Positions 57,642 through 64,000 of a stretch of 64,000 nucleotides of DNA are shown here, one piece after another. The stretch is taken from the NCBI GenBank assembly GCA_965217775.1, contig CBDCJH010000002.1, forward strand, positions 288,001 through 352,000, given 5' to 3'. Numbering within the stretch: the first letter of the stretch is position 1; each line of letters starts with the position of its first letter. The notes under the pieces were generated by a model that did no database searches, had not been told where the DNA came from, and worked only from the letters and a program-made list of their open reading frames with translations. This DNA is from Acidobacteriota bacterium. Lineage in GTDB: Bacteria > Acidobacteriota > UBA6911 > RPQK01 > JAJDTT01. The translations under genes and the position numbers were made by a program.

Positions 57642-58074
57642 CATGGTTTCAACGCGCTATTGCCGTCCGCACAGATAGCTGGCTGCGCCGCCGCGTGGGG
57701 CACCTACTTGGCTTCGCTGGCGCACTGTCCCCAGAAAGCATCCACGACGCAGGTGTTCGGCCAGTCGGTCTCTACGCGTCTGGGCCCCTTTTTTATGGAC
57801 GCCGCCGGTTGGAGTTGGAATGCTTCGCCGTCCCCGGTTACGCCTCCGCGAAGCAGAGCACTCTGGACCCGGAGGGCAGCTCCTGGCGCCGGTGGACTCG
57901 GAAGCACTTCCCCAGGCACTCCTCGAAGTAGTCCATCCGGTAGTCGGTGTACTGGTCTTCCTTGTTTCGCAGCAGCATCCGGACCATGGGGTTGTCCCGC
58001 CGCACGAATTCGATGACCAGAGAGTCGCCCCACCCCGAGAGCCATTCGACGAACTCGTCCAGTGGGTGTTGTCG
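57559..58074. repeat. Direct repeat copy B: brnA 3' end + spacer + ogt tail + methyltransferase 3' end
   Basis: 57559-57644 matches 61197-61282 at 84/86; 57822-58074 matches 61347-61600; 57810-57927 matches 1863-1980. Confidence 0.9.
57838..58070 (-). pseudogene. Orphan 3' fragment of the 61363-62763 methyltransferase
   Basis: Reads FVEWLSGWGDSLVIEFVRRDNPMVRMLLRNKEDQYTDYRMDYFEECLGKCFRVHRRQELPSGSRVLCFAEA*; no start. Confidence 0.85.
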
Positions 58075-58142
58075 GAAGCCTCTGGCGAGGTGTCCGATGG
58101 TCGGTGCTCCGGATTGCGAAGCCGTGAACGCACCTCTTAGTC

Positions 58143-58194
58143 AACCATATGATCGTCTAGATGACTTGAATTCGAAAACGAAAAACCATATGAT
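58143..58194 (+). promoter_or_regulatory. Sigma70-type promoter with repeated operator-like boxes for the toxin cassette
   Basis: TTGAAT-17 nt-TATGAT (58166-58194); AACCATATGAT occurs twice (58143, 58184), the second covering the -10 box. Confidence 0.6.
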
Positions 58195-58230
58195 AGAAGT
58201 TGGTCAGGATTCACCGGTACGCTGAAACCG

Positions 58231-58743
58231 ATGGCTCCTCTTGACAAAGGGATAAGGCGCGAACTGGCGGTCCTTGCGAGACGGAGACAAGCTCGCGTGA
58301 CTGAGTTCAGGCTCAATCGTCCCACTGACTGGCGGCCTGGACAGGTGCGCAACCCCGCTGGAGTTCTTGATACCCACTTTACGGACGCTGCGGCATGGGA
58401 ACTGATCGCATTCAAGCTTGACAGTCCGTGGTGAAAGTCGCGCGAGCACCGAGACCGTTCCTGCGCCCGCCGGACAAGGCGCGATGAGGGAGCATACCGG
58501 GAGTATGTGACCGAGTCGCAACGCAGTCCGCCGGGATGCAGGGACGGTCGAATGCCGTGACGACTTTTGCCACGGGCTGTTGAGGGCGGCCACCCGGTGG
58601 AGATCATCGAATTACACCATCCCCCGGGCCGCACTGGGTACGTCATGATGATTGATATTGAGCCCGGTCAACCCCAACTTTACGTGAAACTCCAACTGGG
58701 TTCCGGGAAGATAATCGGACGGAGCTTTCACTACTCCGAATAG
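58231..58743 (+). pseudogene. MqsR/RelE-superfamily-like toxin interrupted by a MITE
   Basis: Removing 58422-58583 restores a 116-aa ORF ending ...TGYVMMIDIEPGQPQLYVKLQLGSGKIIGRSFHYSE*, with the YxK...SFH tail typical of MqsR-like toxins. Confidence 0.72.
58422..58579. mobile_element. 158-bp MITE with IS1182-type ends
   Basis: Ends CAGTCCGTGGTGAAAGTC / GACTTTTGCCACGGGCTG (right end identical to the IS1182 copies), TTGA target duplication (58418-58421, 58580-58583), internal stems. Confidence 0.88.
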
Positions 58744-58764
58744 AAAGATTGAGGGAGTTGGAAA

Positions 58765-59325
58765 ATGAAATCTCGAAGCTCTACAACTCGGTTGCGGGAT
58801 ACACGGAAAGAGGTCGCCTGTCCGCAATGCGGGGATTTTGGGATAACTACCTCGCGGCATCGCCAGACATTCGCATACGGGTCCGGCGATTCTGTAGTCG
58901 AGTTGGCTGCAGACGTTCCGGTACGCTGCTGCGGCGCGTGCGAGTTCCAATACCTGGACGAAGAGTCCGAGCGCATCAGGCACGAGGCTGTCTGCAAACA
59001 CCTTGGTGTTTTGTCACCCGCCGAGATTCGACGCATCAGAGCAAGTCATCAAATGACACGCACGAAATTCGCTGGCATCACAGGGCTCGGCGAAGCTTCA
59101 TTGAATCGTTGGGAGAACGGGCTGACAGTTCAGACCCGCGCGAACGATCGCTACATCAGGCTTCTGGCGCGACCTGCGATCATGCAGCTTCTCAACAACC
59201 TCGTGGATGCCAGAGAGTCGCCGAGACCTGTGTTGAGGACTGGCGGGAATCGTTTCCGGACGCTGGAAGTTACCGACGCTATGTGTAAGAAGCAAGGGGA
59301 TTTCCAATTGCGACGGGTTGCGTGA
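58765..59325 (+). CDS. MqsA-like antitoxin (Zn ribbon + XRE HTH + C-terminal extension)
   Basis: CPQCG...VPVRCCGACEFQY, LSPAEIRRIR...MTRTKFAGITGLGEASLNRWENG..VQTRAND. Confidence 0.85.
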   Translation: MKSRSSTTRLRDTRKEVACPQCGDFGITTSRHRQTFAYGSGDSVVELAADVPVRCCGACEFQYLDEESERIRHEAVCKHLGVLSPAEIRRIRASHQMTRTKFAGITGLGEASLNRWENGLTVQTRANDRYIRLLARPAIMQLLNNLVDARESPRPVLRTGGNRFRTLEVTDAMCKKQGDFQLRRVA

Positions 59326-59329
59326 CGAT

Positions 59330-61153
59330 ATGTACGTTACGACTTTCTACTCATTCAAGGGCGGCGTCGGCCGAACGATGGCCCTGGTCAATGCGGCCGT
59401 CGAACTCACCAAGAGAGGCCGTCGCGTACTTGCGGTGGACTTTGATCTGGAGGCACCTGGGCTCGATACTTTCGACGTAATGCGACCTCGGAATTCTGTC
59501 CCTGGGGTCATCGACTTCGTAAGTGAGTACCTGGCTTCGGGACAAGCACCGGAGGCCAGTAGATTCATCAGCAAAGCCTCTGGAATCACTGACCACGATG
59601 GCAGACTATGGATAATGCCGTCAGGTAGAGACGAGACGTACGCCAAGAATTTCAATCAGATTGACTGGGGGGTGCTGTACGAAAGACATGACGGCTTTCT
59701 CCTATTCGAAGATCTCAAAGCACAATGGAATCGAGTAGTGAATCCGGATTATGTTTTGATTGATTCACGGACGGGACATACCGATACTGGTGGTATCTGT
59801 ACCCGCCAGCTTCCAGATGCCGTAGCGATTCTGTTTTTTCCGAACGAACAAAACCTGCGCGGTTTGACCAAGGTCGTTCGGGATATTCGATCCGAGGCCC
59901 TCGAACCACGCAAAAAACCCATCCAGCTCCATTTCGTGATGTCCAACGTGCCGGACCTGGACGACGAAGACAGGATTCTCAGCGAACAGATCAAAGCTTT
60001 TCAGACGCAACTTGGCTTCAGGACAGATCCGATGGTCGTGCACAGATACGATAGTCTTTCGCTACTGAACCAAGTCGTGTTTGCAAAGGATCGACCGAGA
60101 AGCCGACTTGCAAGGGAATATAGACGGATAGTTCGTGAGATATCGGGGCGCAACTGGGCTGATCGGGACGGCGCCCTGGATTATATCAGTCGTGCAGCGA
60201 AACGCTGGCGGGGGAACGCGGATGAATCGATACAGGCACGAGAAGGCATGCTCGAAAAGATTGAAGATGCTCACTCGAGGGACGGGGAGGTATTGTTCCG
60301 TCTTGGTGAACTAAGGGATAGTGTTCGACAACCGGAATGGGCCGTGTCCTTGTACAATCGAGCGATTGATGCGGGATACGATAGACCTGAGGCCTACTTG
60401 AAACGGGCTCGTATTCGCGCAGAGAATGGCGATCGTGCAGGTGCGTCTGAGGACGCATTGCACGTATTGGAGTTCGATGAAGTGTCACCGCCAATGGTGC
60501 GGGATGCAATCCTGCGGACAGTCTCCCTTACTCCCGCAGAAATTGCCGCCTCAAACGCTGTTACGTCGCTGGATTTGGATGACAAAATTTGGCTTGCAAG
60601 TACATTCGACCGTTCTCCGGCCGAGATACGGATCGCTTTGCCTATTTGGAAACGTATCAATAGCGATAATCTGCCGGCAGAAAAGCTTCAGATGGTAAGA
60701 CACCACTTGGGATTGTCGTATATTGGAATTGGAAGGTGTTCTGATGCTGTAACGGTGCTCCGCCAGGGTGCGCGAAGTTACGGCGATATGGCTATTGCCG
60801 ATGCGTTCGATTGTGCCATGGCGATGTGGGGCGAGTCTGGAACTCCTGACGCTGAGGCGTTCCTACGGGTTGTCGAACTCAATCAGTCGAACTCACAGAA
60901 GCACGAAGGACCGAATTACCTTCAATGCATGGCGATTGCATACTGGGCATCGGGCAATACAGAGATGGCGATCGAGTACGTGGACCGGGCACAACAGGCA
61001 ATACGAACGACCCGTAGAGCGACGGTGTTCAGTTGTTGGTGTTACTGCCGCGTAAATGCAGGCACTTTCGTGGCTGATCTGGATGCAATTCGCACATTGA
61101 TCGATGGCGAGACGTCACTGATGCCCCGATTCATGGCTGCATCCGAGAAGTGA
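59330..61153 (+). CDS. KGGVGR-motif ParA/MinD-type ATPase with C-terminal TPR-like region
   Basis: TFYSFKGGVGRTMALVN, VDFDLEAPGL, DYVLIDSRTG, PNEQNL.G; helical TPR-like C-terminal half. Confidence 0.85.
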   Translation: MYVTTFYSFKGGVGRTMALVNAAVELTKRGRRVLAVDFDLEAPGLDTFDVMRPRNSVPGVIDFVSEYLASGQAPEASRFISKASGITDHDGRLWIMPSGRDETYAKNFNQIDWGVLYERHDGFLLFEDLKAQWNRVVNPDYVLIDSRTGHTDTGGICTRQLPDAVAILFFPNEQNLRGLTKVVRDIRSEALEPRKKPIQLHFVMSNVPDLDDEDRILSEQIKAFQTQLGFRTDPMVVHRYDSLSLLNQVVFAKDRPRSRLAREYRRIVREISGRNWADRDGALDYISRAAKRWRGNADESIQAREGMLEKIEDAHSRDGEVLFRLGELRDSVRQPEWAVSLYNRAIDAGYDRPEAYLKRARIRAENGDRAGASEDALHVLEFDEVSPPMVRDAILRTVSLTPAEIAASNAVTSLDLDDKIWLASTFDRSPAEIRIALPIWKRINSDNLPAEKLQMVRHHLGLSYIGIGRCSDAVTVLRQGARSYGDMAIADAFDCAMAMWGESGTPDAEAFLRVVELNQSNSQKHEGPNYLQCMAIAYWASGNTEMAIEYVDRAQQAIRTTRRATVFSCWCYCRVNAGTFVADLDAIRTLIDGETSLMPRFMAASEK

Positions 61154-61196
61154 GCACCGAAACGCGACGTGAAGGATGAGCGGAACGAACAAGAAA

Positions 61197-61600
61197 TCAG
61201 AGCATCGGGCAAGGGCTACCAGACACGGATCAACCGTGTGCTGGAAAGTTACGTGCGGGCACAGAGAGAGCCCAGATAGCATTGTTCGACGCGCTGTGGC
61301 CGGTCCGAGTAGGTCGGGCCACGACGCCGCGTGAGGCGTCTCCGTGGCTTCGCCGTCCCAGGTCACGCTTCCGCAAAGTAGAGGACTCTGGACCCGGAGG
61401 GCAGCTCCTGGCGCCGGTGGACCCGGAAGCACTTCCCCAGGCAATCCTCGAAGTAGTCCATCCGGTAGTCGGTGTACTGGTCTTCCTTGTTCCGCAGCAG
61501 CATCTTGACCATGGGGTCGTCCCGCCGCACGAATTCGATGACCAGAGAGCCGCCCAGCCCCGAGAGCCATTCCACGAACTCGGCCAGGGGGATGTTGGCG
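61197..61600. repeat. Direct repeat copy C: brnA 3' fragment + spacer + intact methyltransferase 3' end
   Basis: Matches copy B except for a 111-bp segment between two GCTTCGC microhomologies (57711, 57822). Confidence 0.9.
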
Positions 61601-62763
61601 TCGATGACCATGTGGTGAATCAGCGCCAGGCAGAGGATCAATTCAGGGGATCCTCGCCGGGTCAGGGAGGTCCGCTCGCGGCAGCGCCACCCCAGTGACG
61701 GCGAGGGGTCGGCCAAGTTGACCACCAGCGGCAGTATGTTCTCGGGGCCCTCACGCTCCAGGGTGCGGTAGAGGAGGTCCACGGCGGCCGAGTCTTGCTC
61801 CATGGCCAGGACGTACTCGGAGCCGGCAGCGGCCAGACGCGAGTAGTCACCCGTGTTGGCCCCCAGGTCCCAGGCCGTCTTCCATCGCTTACGACCCACT
61901 GCCCAGCGAACGAATTCCCGTTTGGCGTCCCGGTCGGGCCCGGAATAGGTGTTGTCTCCGGCGTATCCGGTCCAATGGGAGGCGGAAGGCGTCCATCTCA
62001 GTCGTGAAACCAGCCGGGTCAGGCGGCTGACATTGGAGAGAATCGCCTTCCGGTTGAAGCCGGCGTCCTTGAGCAACTGGCTCGTACTCTCTTTACGGGC
62101 ACCGTATTTTTCCTGGAAACGGCTCTGGAGCCAGACATGGAGGAGGACTCCGGAGCGGAACAGATCCCGGCCCGAAAGCAGGTCGCGGCATTCCCGGGGA
62201 GAGATTCCTTCCAGACTTCCTCTCAGCCACGGTTGGAACGGGAGATTTCGATAGGCCTGCAACATCAGCGGGTACAAGAAGAGACTGCAGAACTGCCGGT
62301 AACCGGTCCAGGCGCCCCCCGGGGGCAAGGGCTCAAAGGAAGGAATGTCGATGAAGACGGGCCGGATCCCGTTCCATTGAACGTTGTACGGGGTGGCGTC
62401 CTTGAGGATCATCCCTTCGGCCAGGGACTCGGAAACAAGGCGCAGTTGCAGCAGGGCCGCGTCCTGCAGCATTTGGAACGACCACTCGTAGGGATAGGAG
62501 ACGTAGGGGATGGTCTCGTGGCGCAAAATGCCCGCCCAGTCTCCGGGCAGCGCTTTCGAGGACGCCAACCCGGCGGCGTCCGCCAGACCGGTCTTGACGA
62601 TCAGACCCTCCTCCACCAGTCGGGGAAAGAATCGGGTCTTCTCCAGTGTGTGCCAAGCCGTAAGGGAATGACGGCTGAGGGCGCGGTAGACGGCGCCGTC
62701 CTTGTAGAAGACGCGGCCGTGGCGATCGCGGAACGATCCGGGCTCGCTTCGAATTTCAGACAT
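61363..62763 (-). CDS. Class I SAM-dependent methyltransferase, NoeA-like
   Basis: GSFRDRHGRV, SYPYEWSF..L.DAA, LKDATPYNVQW, PVFIDIPSF, SAM motif WDLGANTG, LALIHH. Confidence 0.82.
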   Translation of the reverse strand: MSEIRSEPGSFRDRHGRVFYKDGAVYRALSRHSLTAWHTLEKTRFFPRLVEEGLIVKTGLADAAGLASSKALPGDWAGILRHETIPYVSYPYEWSFQMLQDAALLQLRLVSESLAEGMILKDATPYNVQWNGIRPVFIDIPSFEPLPPGGAWTGYRQFCSLFLYPLMLQAYRNLPFQPWLRGSLEGISPRECRDLLSGRDLFRSGVLLHVWLQSRFQEKYGARKESTSQLLKDAGFNRKAILSNVSRLTRLVSRLRWTPSASHWTGYAGDNTYSGPDRDAKREFVRWAVGRKRWKTAWDLGANTGDYSRLAAAGSEYVLAMEQDSAAVDLLYRTLEREGPENILPLVVNLADPSPSLGWRCRERTSLTRRGSPELILCLALIHHMVIDANIPLAEFVEWLSGLGGSLVIEFVRRDDPMVKMLLRNKEDQYTDYRMDYFEDCLGKCFRVHRRQELPSGSRVLYFAEA

Positions 62764-62806
62764 GGCAAGGGAACATTGGGCGTCAGACCGGAGGTGCCGG
62801 AAGCCG

Positions 62807-63004
62807 TTATTTCTGCTTCCGGTCGGCCTTCTGCAGGGAAGCCGCGTTCCTTTGCGGGGAGCCGGACCGGATTCCCAAGGCCGAGACGATCCGCTGCCAG
62901 AGGAGTTTGCCCAACACGGCCACCCCCGCGATGCCTCCTAACAGCAGTTGAAGAAAGAGACTCCCCGATCCGGGGTCGAGATAGGCCAGAGGTGTCCAGA
63001 TCAT
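62807..63004 (-). CDS. Small membrane protein with AYLDPGSGS motif, 65 aa
   Basis: MIWTPLAYLDPGSGSLFLQLLLGGIAGVAVLGKLLW..., basic tail; directly upstream of the methyltransferase. Confidence 0.7.
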   Translation of the reverse strand: MIWTPLAYLDPGSGSLFLQLLLGGIAGVAVLGKLLWQRIVSALGIRSGSPQRNAASLQKADRKQK

Positions 63005-63194
63005 GATCTTGCCCTGTGCCCGACCGTCCAACTGGTTCCGGGCAAATTGCCGATTCGCGCGATTGTAGCAGAGGGCGAAGAGAAAATGAGGAAAGAGTAA
63101 AGAGGAAATAGGGACAGCATGGCTCTCCGGCCGGTGGCCGGGTGGGTCAGGCGCCACGGCGAGTTTCGGCATGGGCTGCTAAAATACGTTCGTC

Positions 63195-64000
63195 ATGGAG
63201 ACGCCTGAGAGCATCTTGGACAGGGTGTATCGGGGAAAGCGGCTGGAGCCGTCCGACGCTCTCGTTCTGTTGAAGTCCGGTGAACTTCAGCAGTTGGGTC
63301 AGGCCGCCGACTGGATGCGCCGCCGGCTTCATCCGGACGGGGTGGTCTCCTTCCTGGTGGACCGGAACATCAACTACACCAATGTCTGCGTCGCCCGTTG
63401 CACCTTCTGCAACTTCTACCGGCGGCCCGGTCACGACCAGGGCTATGTCCTGTCCAATGAGACCATCTTCAGGAAGATCGAGGAGACCCTGGCGCTCGGC
63501 GGGACCGGAATCTTGATGCAGGGGGGCATGCACCCTGAACTCAAGATCGACTACTACGAGGAACTGCTCGGCTCCATTCGGGAACGCTACCCTGCCATCC
63601 ACCTGCACTGCTTTTCGCCACCGGAGATCGTCGTCCTGGCCCGGCTCAGCCGGCTCTCGCTCCGGGAGTCGATTCAAAGGCTGAAGGCGGCGGGACTCCA
63701 ATCCATACCAGGCGGCGGCGCGGAGATCCTGACCGAGAGGATGCGCCGGGATATCAGTCCCGGCAAGTGTACCGCCCGGCAGTGGTTGGAGGTGATGCGC
63801 ATCGGCCACGACGAGGGCCTGCCCACCACCGCCACCATGATGATCGGAAGTGGCGAAAGCTTCCAAGAGCGGATCGAACATCTGGAGGCCATCCGCAGTC
63901 TTCAGGATGAGACCGGAGGGTTCGTGGCCTTCATCCCTTGGAACGTCCAACTGGACGGGACCCCCATGCAGGAGTCCATCCGGCGGGAGGTTCCGGCGGT
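63195..64000 (+). CDS. mqnC: Cyclic dehypoxanthinyl futalosine synthase (radical SAM), truncated by the window end
   Basis: DRNINYTNVCVARCTFCNFYR, ILMQGGMHP, HCFSPPEI, SIPGGGAEIL, PTTATMM, GGFVAFIPW. Confidence 0.88.
   Translation, partial: METPESILDRVYRGKRLEPSDALVLLKSGELQQLGQAADWMRRRLHPDGVVSFLVDRNINYTNVCVARCTFCNFYRRPGHDQGYVLSNETIFRKIEETLALGGTGILMQGGMHPELKIDYYEELLGSIRERYPAIHLHCFSPPEIVVLARLSRLSLRESIQRLKAAGLQSIPGGGAEILTERMRRDISPGKCTARQWLEVMRIGHDEGLPTTATMMIGSGESFQERIEHLEAIRSLQDETGGFVAFIPWNVQLDGTPMQESIRREVPA

Noticed and set aside
57838-61600. Duplicated methyltransferase 3' end as a diversity-generating retroelement TR/VR pair
   Set aside because: No reverse transcriptase in the window, differences are not adenine-specific, and the duplication includes brnA and spacer DNA.
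1863-61600. Shufflon or invertible C-terminal exchange
   Set aside because: All three copies are in direct orientation and encode nearly the same peptide.
357-63950. Long antisense or alternate-frame ORFs (e.g. 357-1772, 20822-22177, 38331-39845, 43838-45388, 51861-53456, 63147-63950)
   Set aside because: They shadow well-supported genes in GC-rich DNA and show no family motifs.
1-64000. CRISPR array, tRNA or rRNA genes
   Set aside because: No regularly spaced repeat-spacer run and no recognisable structural RNA gene seen by eye; a dedicated scan was not possible.

Overview
GC-rich bacterial chromosome segment, most likely Acidobacteriota (inferred from the GWxTD, CRTAC1/ASPIC-UnbV, TPR and carboxypeptidase-domain TonB receptor genes). 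Housekeeping genes sit at both edges: murJ-xerD-ogt on the left, and a NoeA-like methyltransferase, a small AYLDPGSGS protein and mqnC on the right. The roughly 59 kb between them looks like accreted cargo, because the ogt/methyltransferase tail-to-tail junction survives as three degenerate direct repeats (1863-1980, 57810-58074, 61347-61600). The cargo has three parts. (i) Two catabolic/uptake blocks: TonB receptor, ASPIC-UnbV, TPR, ceramidase-like, CocE/NonD, amidase, amidohydrolase, HyuB and SSS transporter genes. (ii) A 20-kb nest of eight IS elements (ISNCY-like, 2x IS1182, 2x IS1595, IS1380, IS110, ISAs1) around AT-richer defence-like genes (PHP-ATPase, type II R-M). (iii) A terminal toxin-antitoxin cluster. 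Best candidates for undescribed biology: (1) cargo-carrying IS1595 transposons with a fixed, translationally coupled layout of transposase - swappable methyltransferase/restriction cargo - conserved ~60-aa 'ELVKxxYQPTKAE' protein - TIR; (2) a three-gene cassette of MqsR-like toxin, tailed MqsA-like antitoxin and KGGVGR ParA-type ATPase-TPR, with the toxin switched off by a 158-bp IS1182-type MITE; (3) an integrase-free insertion hotspot that duplicates gene 3' ends. All calls come from reading the sequence by eye; no database searches were run.
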